A stretch of 64,000 nt of DNA from the NCBI GenBank assembly GCA_965113315.1, contig OZ220368.1, one strand, 5' to 3'. The notes beneath the pieces are model-generated. The model did no database searches. It had not been told where the DNA came from and saw only the letters and a list, made by a program, of their open reading frames with translations. Below, piece after piece: positions 1 through 11,200 of the stretch. Every line of letters begins with the position of its first letter. Position 1 is the stretch's first letter. A program made the position numbers and the translations under genes. The DNA comes from Podarcis vaucheri (taxonomy: Eukaryota).

Positions 1-186
1 ATATTTTGCAAACAATCCACAGTGGGCTGCCATAGGGCCCACCATCTCCTTTGGGCTAAAGTGTAAAAGATCCCTTTTAGATAAGCTCCACTAAATGGAA
101 CAATGAGAATAATGGAGTGGCAAAGGAGGTAGGAACATTGTAGGGAAAGCTCTATTACTATGTAGCTTTTATCTGTGCAATGTGTA

Positions 187-231
187 TGCGCGCGCGCGCG
201 CACACACACACACGCACACACACACACACAC
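187..231. repeat. Compound (GC)n(CA)n microsatellite
   Basis: gcgcgcgcgcgcgcacacacacac seen directly. Confidence 0.9.
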
Positions 232-2844
232 TCTTTTGTAGAACCTTCCTTGAAGGAAGTCTGTAGTGCTTGCAGATCGTCCCCACTCGGCAAACCTAAA
301 ATGCTTGCTACAAGAGTCTTTGCATGCAGTATTCATTTAAAGGGAGTGCAAGGTCCTCTTGACTGTAATGCCATACTGGGTTCTTCTAGCAGTACTGCTA
401 GTCATAAAGTATGTAACATAATTTCCAAGATGCTTTACAGTCTTTATTGTGCTCACCCTCAATGGTGATTCATTTAAATACATTTTGCCTTCCTTTTGCC
501 ATTCATTGCCATTTACTCTCATTTTCTATGCACACGGTATGCCGGCTGCCTGCTAACTGCTCTTCAATGTCTCTGCCGCATAGCAGTGCTGGAAAAGGAC
601 GTCTTTTTAATTTGGTTATGCCAGTATGATTGAGGAGTCCTTTGAGTATTATGCAGTTTGAACTTGGGTTGCTCCAAGCATCTGGATAATAGATGGTGAA
701 AGATTTCAGGTACAATAGGGTAAATGGCCCGGAGGTGCATCATATTGAAATGAAAGACTACAACAGACATCAAATATTCAGCAGCAAGTATTTTCACAGC
801 ATAATGGCTTCCTCAAGCCTTGTTAACACTTTCTTTTTTACTCATTCCACTTCTCATTAAGGCCTGCACCCACTGCCTATTCAGGATGATGATGATGATC
901 GGACTAGACAGGACCTATTGCTCTGAATATAGAAAGGCAAGTGTGAATGGTTCTGTCAGTGAATAAAAGTTGCTATGGTGGACTTTGGAGTAGTGTTGCA
1001 ATGGCCGACTGTAAAAGCACATATAGGGTGCTTTGACAACATGCTAAAATAACTTCCCACCCATTGCAAATAGCAGGCTCAGAAGGAGAGTGGTTTCAGT
1101 TGGGGGAATCTGGCTAGTTGTTCAGCCAAGCAAGGCCAAATCATGTGATTGAGATTGCATCTAGTTAGTAGTGTGGTCCGTCCATTGCTTTAAAATGGGG
1201 GCTAGAGGAATTCATGGAGGACAGGGTCCATCAGTTATTCTTGCAGCACACAAATCCATGTCTGCCAAGAACTAAGTCCAATGGGACCTAGGGCAAGTGT
1301 GTATAGGATTTCAGCCTTAGTTGTGACGGCTTTGTGAGTGGAAGCAGTATGAATTGAAGGATAACTTGTTTCAGGTACACCTTGTATGCTTCCTGGGTGC
1401 GTCTGACTGGTTATTGTGGGAAGCGGGGGTTTCAAATCAAGCAGAATTAGTTCTCTGTGCATGCAGCTGTATGTGGATGTCTCTACGTGTAATCAGCAAG
1501 CACATCTTGACCTCTTTACACGTTTATTGTCTCTTAAGAGGGCTTTGGTAGCAGTACTGTGGCTCCTTTGTGAAATGTGAAGAATACCCCAAAATACCCA
1601 TTTGGAGAAAAGTAATTTGATACCCTTAAAAAACCCATACAAGCCTTTGGGAGGAAAATAAGATTGGTTGTGCCTATTTATCTGTATTAATCAATACATT
1701 TTTCTCTGATGCTTTGATATGCAAGAGAGAAACTTCAGTCTTATGGATTTTGACAGCTTTTTTACATTCATAGGGCATCTAAAAGCTCTTCTCCTCTCTG
1801 ATTTGAACTCTGTGACCAGCACGCAAGGCTTCCTGTAAGGGAAAGAAAGTCATTCCATACAGAGAATTCAGGGGTTGTGAGCAAAGATCCTGATATTGCT
1901 TTCCTTTTCTTTGAGCCTTTTCACAGCTTGACAGTTTTCTGACTAGAGATTATTCCCTTTATAGCTAGCATGACTCATAAAATTAAGATCCGACTTCCAG
2001 CTACCACACTGTTTTAGAGAAGAATCTAGGACTGTGAAAATGCCCCCATGCCATCCCAGAGATGCCACCTCATTCACAGGGAGTGAATTTTAGGGTTTAT
2101 TTTAGTTGGATGAGATACCACTCTCTCTCACACACACATTCATGGGACCATTTGTGCCTTGTGAGTTAGGTTTTTTTAAAAAAAATGAAACTAAAGCTTT
2201 GGTTTGTCTTGAGCAACCTAGTGTTACTTCTTTCTAAATGGAAAAGAATGGCCCAATGGAAACAACAATACTGGTTGGCTGGCACTGCCTAGATACAGAC
2301 AAAGTAGATTCGACCCACCCTGAGGGTGTGTTTCAGGATGGAGAGAGAAAAGCCAGGTATGCTTCAAGCAGTGGGCTGCCCCATGATGGGCCACTGTTAG
2401 CGGGAGTCTCCTTGGCAGGGAGATACCATAGAGAATTACCCCTCTGGTGTCTCCCACTCTGGGCTGCCATTGGGAGCCAAGGGCTTCACCCATGAAGCAG
2501 TGGCAGATAGTTTGTGGAAGGACCTTGAGTGAGAGACAAGGAAGTAAAGATTTGCCAGGTAAGAACTGGGAGGGTCCATCATTTTCCGTAGGTGGCCAGA
2601 ATTAAGTGCTGCTTTTGAGAGATGGTTCTGTATTTGTGCACTATCTGTTTATTTTAGATACCCTGATGCTGATTTTCTGTTTATGCTGTTGCTGTTACCA
2701 GAATCTGTGTCTTATCCTGCATTCCTTATCATAATTGTATTCATAGGGGTTTTGGTTTTGTTTGTTTTTAAGTTATGTTCTGGCATCTAGGCTGTATGTT
2801 GTAAGCTGCCCTGTGGTCTTTTGATGAAGGGTGCTGTATAAATT

Positions 2845-2846
<2 letters not shown>

Positions 2847-2885
<39 letters not shown>

Positions 2886-2886
2886 T
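2847..2886. repeat. (TAA)n microsatellite, probably the tail of an old L2-like 3' end
   Basis: Perfect taa array preceded by tgtaagctgccctg...gggtgctgtataaatt. Confidence 0.8.
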
Positions 2887-4310
2887 ATACAGAATCTTTT
2901 CAAACTGAATTTTGAAGTTCAGTCCAGCAATGTGGTGTCTTCTAGGAGCTCCAACATATTTAACTATCTTATTATAACCTGAAGACTAGTTTTAGAAAGT
3001 GTTCTTTGGAATGTTGCTAAATATAAATATGAACACACAAACAAATTCACAAGTCACTTTTGTAATAGGAAAATATCTAGGAGAAACTGCCACGTGGATG
3101 ATTTGAGGTTCATAATAAGGCGAAACACATACACGCTTCATTGTTATTTTTGCACATTGGAAAGGAATTATCAACAGCCAGGATGTGCACAATTTGAGCA
3201 TGCCCTGTCAGAATGAAAGTGAAGGCAGTCTGTGGTTACATTTCCATTTTCTTTGAATGGGAAATCTATAAGGAAAAGGAAAGGCAGAGCAGAAGTTATG
3301 ACCCAGACCATTGGGAAGAGGAAGGAACAGTGGCTACAGAAAGCAATCATTATGAATTGGGGCTGTTTTTGTCCACCTTTGGTTAGAAACTCTTGGCAGT
3401 TATAATAATTGCACCAATGAAGCTTTTATTATTTTTTTCCAAAAAAAACTTTTGACTATTGTATACACAGACCTAAAGGCATGGAGGGAGGACCAAATCT
3501 ATTTTTAGACACCAATTAAGTAGTGTTTGCACACAGCTTTGAAAAACAGGAGCACTTTCCAGTCCATGCATTCTAGGGTCTTAATAAGAGGTGATTAAAA
3601 CACACACACACACACACCAGGCTTGCTTTTCTCTTTGAGTTTTGCTGCTTACCACGGTGTCAGCTGCTTCAATTATTTCTATTTAATTACATCCTAGCAT
3701 TTGAACTATCCTCATTAACCTTCATCAGAGAGTCATCTAGGATAACACAGTTCATGGAGCCAACATCTTGTGTGAATCTCCCCCCGCCCCCTTCCTCCCT
3801 TTCCCTTTCCCTGTATCCCTCAGATTCATTAGCTGAATGTTAGAGCACTGGGCCACTTAGGTATTCAAATCATGAAGCAATGTGAGTAGTGGGAGGCTGC
3901 AATGGCTCAGTAGCCCTCACGTTCTCTTCTTCATGGTTCATTTGCATTTTGCAGAAGAGACTACAGAAAAGGAGGCGCTGAGAAAAACGCTTCAGCTAAC
4001 ATCAGCAGGACGTGAAGGACAAATGTTTACTCTGAGCAAGTTGTTAATATGTCACTGTTATTCTGCCAGTTGAAGTGGTAGCATTTGGGACAGATGAATA
4101 GCAAAGAGACAGACACTAGCCTTCCCGGTATCACAGTCAACCACTGTGATATCTGTTTATGCAATGATATGCAGCAATCATACACTTTCAGGGCAAATAT
4201 AGATTTCACTAAGGTTTAGAGTGGTAGAGAATTGTGAACTTGTGACCCTACAACTGCAGCTTCCAGTTTCCTTGACCATTAGCCATTCTAGCCGGGGTTG
4301 ATGGCAGTTC

Positions 4311-4680
4311 TAAACGGCCTCGGTCCCGTATACCTGAAGGAGCGTCTCCACCCCCATCGTTCAGCCCGGACACTGATATCCAGCGCCGAGGGCCTTCTGG
4401 CGGTTCCCTCATTGCGAGAAGTGAGGCTACAGGGAACCAGACAGAGGGCCTTCTCGGTAGTGGCACCCGCCCTGTGGAACCCCCTCCCATCAGATGTCAA
4501 AGAGATAAATAATTACCTGACATTCAGAAGACATCTTAAGGCAGCCCTGTTCAGGGAAGTTTTTAATATGTAACGCTGTACTGTTTTTAACACTGATTGG
4601 GAGCCGCCCAGAGTGGCTGGGGAAACTCAGCCAGATGGGCGGGGTATAAATAATAAATTGTTGTTGTTGTTGTTGTTGTT
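4311..4680 (+). mobile_element. L2 LINE 3' fragment
   Basis: ORF2 C-terminus LNGLGPVYLKERL...RAFSVVAPALWN.LP...FRRHLKAALF, the L2-type 3' end (gagccgcccagagtggctgggg...gggcggggtataaataataaa) and a (TTG)n tail. Confidence 0.85.
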
Positions 4681-4716
4681 CTGGTTCCCCATTGCTGGAT
4701 GAGAGTGTCAAACGAG

Positions 4717-4866
4717 TGCTATTTTTCTAGAAAAAGAGGTGCCAGAACTCACCATGAATGCCTCCCTCTTTCTCTTAGAATGGCAATGGCACTCACCTCA
4801 GAGATGCCAGAACTCTGAGAAGTGTCAAAACTGAGTTCCAGAGAGTTCCCCCTGAAAAAAGCCCTG
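4717..4866. mobile_element. Short interspersed MITE-like repeat; inverted relative at about 23330-23455
   Basis: Shared ttctagaaaaagagg...aatggcaatggc...ggaactc...aaagccctgg with the reverse complement of 23330-23455. Confidence 0.55.
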
Positions 4867-5549
4867 GACCTAACCAACCTTACAGAGTATTAAAATTGGG
4901 CATTTGTGGAACAACAATGTATCTTGGCATGTGGTCCTTGAAGGACAGGTGGGATATAAATGCAGTAGTAGTAATGCCCATTCAGAAATATACCCAGGGG
5001 TGTACTGAGTGGTTGGGCACAGGACCAGGGGCACAGAACCAGGATGGTGGTGCAAAAATCACCCCAGAAAGGACTCCAACTCCAGGCAGGACTTAGCAGA
5101 CATGGCTCTCTCTGTGCATGCCCTCTTCCTCCCCACTGGTCTCAGCCACTCAGCATCGCCCTGGTGCCAGGGGAGGAAGCACTTGTCACCTATGGGAGCC
5201 CACCCAGGGAGGGATTCAACTGTGCAGGCTTTCTCTGGGGTTGCCCCTGCCAGCTGCCTGATTCCAAGGGAAGGCTGCTCAATTTGGGGGCAGCAGCGAG
5301 GGTCGAGGAGAGAAGCACATCCCTAGCGCCTCCTGGTTTGCTGAGGAGAGGAGGCAGCTGCAGAGTCTGTGCAGGGTGGCGAGCGGGCAAGGCAGGGCCA
5401 CTGCAGGTGGCAGCGCTGCTATGGCCATGGTGGCATGTGAGAGAGAGTGGGGATAAGAAAATGGGAACAAAGAAAGTTGATTGAAATAGCAGGGGGAGAG
5501 CAGGAGAAGGAAGTGGGGACAGAGAAGAGGATAGAGGAGAGAACCAGCC

Positions 5550-5602
<53 letters not shown>

Positions 5603-5680
5603 TTTCGTAGATTTTCACGGGTACAGGAATGCAGGTTTTGGTGTCTTCGGGTGTCTTCCCGTGTAAGAGTCGGGGTGTCT

Positions 5681-5722
5681 GTGCGACGTTTCGACGAGGT
5701 CTCACTCGTCATCTTCAGGCTG
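5681..5722 (-). ncRNA. Minimal hammerhead ribozyme motif, antisense copy in the inverted arm
   Basis: Reverse complement of 7301-7342. Confidence 0.75.
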
Positions 5723-6470
5723 GTGCTTTCGGCTTCTTGTTACTGGAACAGAGCAGAGTCTGGTGTTTGAGTTCCTATAAATACTGTTGAGGGGTGTGGT
5801 GTATAGCCTCCAACGTTCTGGGCAAAGAGGAAGTTCCTAGATTAGTGTGCCTTTTCTTCTTTTGTTCCTTAATTACTTGAGGGATATCTTGGGTGATTTC
5901 ATGAGTGATATTCAGAATATCACTGGGTGGGTCATTAAGTGTAGATTAGTTGCTAAAGCTTTCGTGTCTTGACCTCTTGAGCTTGTGAAGAGTTTTTCTG
6001 AGAAGATGGCTGTGCTGCATTTAGTTGTGCTCTGGCTTGGCTTCGTGTATAGGGGCGAGCTATGGTTTTGTGCCTTGTGCCAGCCAGATCTGTGTAGGGA
6101 TTGTAGGGGGGTGCAGCATCCGGAGGTGCCACTATAGTTTGGCTACTGGATGGAGTCTGTAATATGTCTGTGGAGAGGGTCTGGGTTTGGGTCTGGTGTG
6201 GTTGATTGGTGACGGCGTTCTGTGTGCCTCTGGTTCTGGTGTCGGTTTTTGTGGGGAGGGCTAATTTCCAGATGTCTGGCAGGCGGGACGTGTCGTCACG
6301 CTTGTTCATGTTGTGAGGGTGTTTCTCTATCTCGATGGCTTCCATGATTATTCTCTTGTGGTGATGTTCCATGTTAAAGAGCAATTTGGAATCTGCAAAA
6401 TTAATTTCATGTCCTGTTTCTTTCATGTGTTGGAAAAGAGAGGAAGTTTTTTCTTCTTTTTTGACGGCAT

Positions 6471-7070
6471 GAAATACCCTGCAAAGTCTGCCCAGCCACG
6501 TACATTGGACAAACAAACAGACGAATAAATGCACGTATCGCAGAACACAAGAATGCCGTCAAAAAAGAAGAAAAAACTTCCTCTCTTTTCCAACACATGA
6601 AAGAAACAGGACATGAAATTAATTTTGCAGATTCCAAATTGCTCTTTAACATGGAACATCACCACAAGAGAATAATCATGGAAGCCATCGAGATAGAGAA
6701 ACACCCTCACAACATGAACAAGCGTGACGACACGTCCCGCCTGCCAGACATCTGGAAATTAGCCCTCCCCACAAAAACCGACACCAGAACCAGAGGCACA
6801 CAGAACGCCGTCACCAATCAACCACACCAGACCCAAACCCAGACCCTCTCCACAGACATATTACAGACTCCATCCAGTAGCCAAACTATAGTGGCACCTC
6901 CGGATGCTGCACCCCCCTACAATCCCTACACAGATCTGGCTGGCACAAGGCACAAAACCATAGCTCGCCCCTATACACGAAGCCAAGCCAGAGCACAACT
7001 AAATGCAGCACAGCCATCTTCTCAGAAAAACTCTTCACAAGCTCAAGAGGTCAAGACACGAAAGCTTTAG
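6471..7070 (+). pseudogene. 5'-truncated PLE ORF: GIY-YIG endonuclease domain plus a low-complexity tail
   Basis: The frame from 6471 reads EIPCKVCPATYIGQTNRRINARIAEHKNAVKKEEKTSSLFQHMKETGH...EAIEI...MNKRDD, stop at 7070. It contains CxxC, YIG, R, H, E and N residues typical of PLE GIY-YIG. There is no RT and no start codon. A mirrored partial copy is on the - strand (5953-6470). Confidence 0.9.
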
Positions 7071-7300
7071 CAACTAATCTACACTTAATGACCCACCCAG
7101 TGATATTCTGAATATCACTCATGAAATCACCCAAGATATCCCTCAAGTAATTAAGGAACAAAAGAAGAAAAGGCACACTAATCTAGGAACTTCCTCTTTG
7201 CCCAGAACGTTGGAGGCTATACACCACACCCCTCAACAGTATTTATAGGAACTCAAACACCAGACTCTGCTCTGTTCCAGTAACAAGAAGCCGAAAGCAC

Positions 7301-7342
7301 CAGCCTGAAGATGACGAGTGAGACCTCGTCGAAACGTCGCAC
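7301..7342 (+). ncRNA. Minimal hammerhead ribozyme motif (PLE pLTR), tandem copy 1
   Basis: CUGAAGA (7305-7311), an extra U, stem II GACGAG/ugagac/CUCGUC, GAAA (7331-7334), palindromic ACGU in place of stem III, GUC site ending 7338. Stem I is only about 2 bp. Confidence 0.78.
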
Positions 7343-7449
7343 AGACACCCCGACTCTTACACGGGAAGACACCCGAAGACACCAAAACCTGCATATATAT
7401 ATACAGGAATGCAAGGGGCTCTGTTCCAGTAACAAGAAGCCGAAAGCAC

Positions 7450-7491
7450 CAGCCTGAAGATGACGAGTGAGACCTCGTCGAAACGTCGCAC
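7450..7491 (+). ncRNA. Minimal hammerhead ribozyme motif, tandem copy 2
   Basis: Same sequence as copy 1, offset by 149 nt: CUGAAGA 7454-7460, GAAA 7480-7483, GUC ends 7487. Confidence 0.78.
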
Positions 7492-8057
7492 AGACACCCC
7501 GACTCTTACACGGGAAGACACCCGAAGACACCAAAACCTGCATTCCTGTACCCGTGAAAATCTACGAAAGCATATATATATATATATATATGGCGGTGAA
7601 ACAGAAAATGAGCCTCTGGGAAAGTTGGTGGGGCAGAAGCTTTCTTGGACTGGAGGAACCGTGTGATGCTCCTTTATTTAATTTTTTTAGACACGAATCT
7701 GTTAAATTTGCCAGTGGTGCAGCTAAGTGATTTTAGAACCTGGACTTAATATTCTTAATACTCCGCCTATGGCTGCATGTATTGTTTTAGTTGCGCAGTG
7801 AAGTGCAGAAGTAACACTTCTCGTCTTCTCCTCCCCCTGCCTTGTGATTCCATGCTTTATAACTGCTTTGACATTCCTGGTATGTCACAACAAACATATG
7901 TTTGCCAAACCAGAATACGGGGGGAAGAAATACTCTGTGGCTCCCTTGCAAGGGAGCAAGAGATGGGGAGGGCACTGATGCAGCTCTTCAGCAAGAGCGC
8001 AATATATCATATATTGTGAAAAAAATTTCAGGGAACCTGGAGAAGTCTAATAAAGTA

Positions 8058-8666
8058 CCGTATTTTTCGCTCTATAGGACGCACCTGGCGCTGCGCAGAG
8101 AGGGGGAGAATTCCCCCCCTTGTTTTCCCCCTATGAAACAAGGTGCCATTCAAGGTGCGTTCAGGCGGCTAATTTGGAAGCCTGGAGAGCTAGAGGGGTC
8201 GGTGCACACCGAACCCTCTTGCTCTCCAGGCTTCAGGTTCCTTTCGACCCACTCTTTGGGGCTGGTGGGGGGAAGCCCAAAGCCAGCCACAAAGAGCAGG
8301 TCGGGGAGCAGCGGAAAGGCACGCAGCCTTCCCGTTGCTCCACGAGCTTCTTGGGGCTGCCAGGGAAGCCCAGGGCTATGGCTTCTTTAGCCCCATGCAT
8401 GCTCTCCCAGCTGGTGAGGTGGTGCACGGCTAAAGAGGCTGCTGCCATAGCCGTGCGCCACCTCTCCAGCCGGGAGAGGCTGCATGCGGCTATGGCAATA
8501 CCTCCACCTCCCGCAAAAGCCCGCAAGAGCCGTGCAGAGCTTGTGTGCGGCTTTTGGGGGCTTTTCTTGCCTGCCTCCCCCCCTGAATTCTCTCCATAGG
8601 ACGCACACACATTTCCCCTTCATTTTTCGAGGGGAAAAAGTGCGTCCTATAGAGTGAAAAATACAG
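8058..8666. mobile_element. Non-autonomous Tc1/mariner-pogo type DNA transposon (MITE)
   Basis: TIRs ccgtatttttcgctctataggacgcac / gtgcgtcctatagagtgaaaaatacag, flanked by TA (8056-8057 and 8667-8668). GC-rich interior, no transposase. Confidence 0.88.
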
Positions 8667-10859
8667 TATTCATGGTCACACCATGGTTTTAGTAGAACCA
8701 AATATATGGAAGAAGCAGGCTGGCTAGAATCTCACATGGCTTAAGCAGGTTACCATGGTGAAAGAGAAGTTGAGTCTTGGATTATAACTGGTCCAGATTC
8801 TGGTGTTGAAAAGCATGGAGTGGACACCTGATGGAACAATCCCATCTCTTCTCCTGTGCCCTGTTCTGGGGCTTCTCCTGACTCTCCAGAGAAGATTGGG
8901 GGAAAGAGTGGAATGTGCTTGGCGGTTGGGAGCTCCATTGCGCAGGTGGAGTCTTTGCCCTGGTTTCCCCAAGTGGAACAGGTTAGTTGAATCTGATGCT
9001 TGATATGACTGAACTTAGGCGTAAAAGCAGCCCAAAGCCATAGGTCTTCTAATGCAAACATTATTGCCTAGAGCTTGTGCACACGAACAGGCTTTACACA
9101 GTGTTTTTGAACTCCAGTTTTAATTTGCCTGCCACTGTTATCTCTACGAGGTTTGCTGTATGGTACAATATGGCTCATGCGGTCGCTCTCCTATCTCCTC
9201 CTATTATAGGGTGCTATTTTTCTCTTGTCACGTTTTGATGGCAAAGTCTTTTATAACCCGATCATCAGAGAAAAATGGTTTTGTCATTCTCCTCAACATT
9301 TGGAAAAGTGAAGTAGATAATATCTGCAATTCTGAAGCTATGTGCTCTGGTGTAAAGCCATTGAACCCAATGTAACTACTCTGGGTAAATGGGTAAACAA
9401 TGGCAGACTGTCACCTGAGATGGGGGAGTCATTCCTTCTGTAGATTACATTACACTCTCTGCTGCACACTTCTGTATGTTTCATTTTGGCTTCCGCACAA
9501 GTGAAGTGTAACCTGTGACCCTTCCTCTATGCAAAGCCTTTGGACAATTTCAAGTGGCTAAATCAAAGCTGTCTTCGCCACCTTTCTCCCCTTCTTCCCT
9601 TTCTGGTGTTGAGAACTGGTGTCATTTCTCTCTCTCTCACACACACACCAACCCCCGCATCAGAAACTATCAGAAAATAGTTATTCTTGCAGTTGGAAGC
9701 AAAAGTGGCAAGGAGAAATGAAGGAGCCGTAAATAGTGTAAAGAAAATGACAGCCTGCTTTGTGTCACTAACGTTGGAAAACAGGTCACCAGTCTGAGAC
9801 GCTTCTTGCGTCTTTATTGCTGCTGCTCAGTATTTCATACTTTTGATTTGTGTTTACCTTGATTTAGCTGATGTAGCAACACCCCTCTCCCCCAGCAATC
9901 ACCGTCCAATAATGCCACATTTATCTGAGAGAAAATGAGATAATCATCATATGGCTCAGTATTATAGGAAGGGTAAATTAGATTTGCTCTTACCCAATGG
10001 CATTTTATTGCTACTTTTTATGCTCTGTAAATAGAAAAGGGGCAGATTGGAGCGATTACTTTACAAAAATAAAACCTTCTACCACCAAATGCAATTTTAA
10101 GTCACTGGGGAAGTAGGTAACCTTGAAAACTGAACTTTGCATAAGAATGCAGTGGAAAAACAGGGAAGCATCAAGATTTCTTACTGACGAATGTAATTAC
10201 CCATGCCTTTTCCTCTGTCACATTCATTCTCCACCTTGGTCACATGGCTCCTCTCTTAAATATGATTCTGTGCACATCTACTTAGACTCACATTTCATTT
10301 GGATGTGTTGTTTTATTTACTCATGTATTCAGATTAGTTGTCCTGCCTGCCCTGTGCCAAAGGCTCAGGGTGGGTTTACAGCACTTTTCAATCAAACACA
10401 TAAAATCCCTCTAAAAACAAGATTGATAAAATGCTGTGATACAAATATGCTCAGGCTTTGCCTTAAACAAGCACACATGGTAACAATTCAAGGCCAGCTT
10501 ATCCGCCACAAAGACAGATTGCCTGTCGGGGCACTTAGTTCATGAGGGTACCAAATAGCCTTTTGCTGGTAGGATGGGAAAGGAAGCTGGCATATTTTCA
10601 GAGAGGAAAAAAGGAGGATGGAAACAAGGGGAAAGGATAAGGGAAAGGGTCAGAGCTCAAGTTTGTAAGAACTGTGATATAAGAGAGCGTGAAGATTCAC
10701 ACCAAGGGAAAAGGTTCACGTACAAGTTATTTCTAACCACTGCACCTACTTGAGATGCTAAGGAGAAGCAGCTGCATCTCCTCAGTATATTGATAATGCG
10801 CTCAAAAGCACCAGCTGACACCACTCAGCAGTTTTGTGTTGATGTGAAACACAACCAGG

Positions 10860-11200
10860 GACAAAATCAACCTCTGCAGAACCCCACATTGGAAGCTCCA
10901 CAAGACTGAGGAGCACTCTTCAAGCACCACCTTCGGAGGGCAGCTATCCGAGTAGAATGGAAGCTATTCACAAAGTGGTGCTACCTTCCCCCAAGAAAAC
11001 TTCCGCAATACCATGGTTGATGGTGTCAAAAACTGCTGAGAGAACAAAGAGAACCAACCTGGTCACAATCCCTCTGTCTCTCCTCACAAAGCAGCAGAGT
11101 AGCAATGGACACAGAAAATTAATCTCATTTGGAAGAGTCCAGTGACCACCAGCCCAGGAAGGGAGCACTAGTGACTAGACAATAGATTTTCAGGTCTTTC
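10860..11200 (-). mobile_element. Degenerate L2-like RT fragment
   Basis: Translation LVLFVLSAVFDTINHG resembles the L2 RT motif LLDLSAAFDTVDH. Confidence 0.5.

Larger units (their letters stand above)
5601..7571. mobile_element. Penelope-like retroelement (GIY-YIG; possibly Poseidon-like), 5'-truncated, with inverted duplication and tandem pLTR, inserted in (TA)n
   Basis: 5629-6470 is the reverse complement of 6553-7394. A partial second terminal repeat lies at 7418-7571. Flanks are (AT)n at 5553-5600 and 7572-7591. The element encodes a GIY-YIG endonuclease C-terminus and hammerhead motifs, the hallmarks of PLEs. Confidence 0.92.

Noticed and set aside
5953-6710. Overlapping ORFs with identical translations on opposite strands
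   Set aside because: A consequence of the PLE inverted repeat. Only the frame 6471-7070 has recognisable protein motifs, so these are not separate genes.
7902-8701. Cluster of 100-160 aa ORFs
   Set aside because: They lie in the GC-rich interior of a MITE, with no transposase or other motifs.
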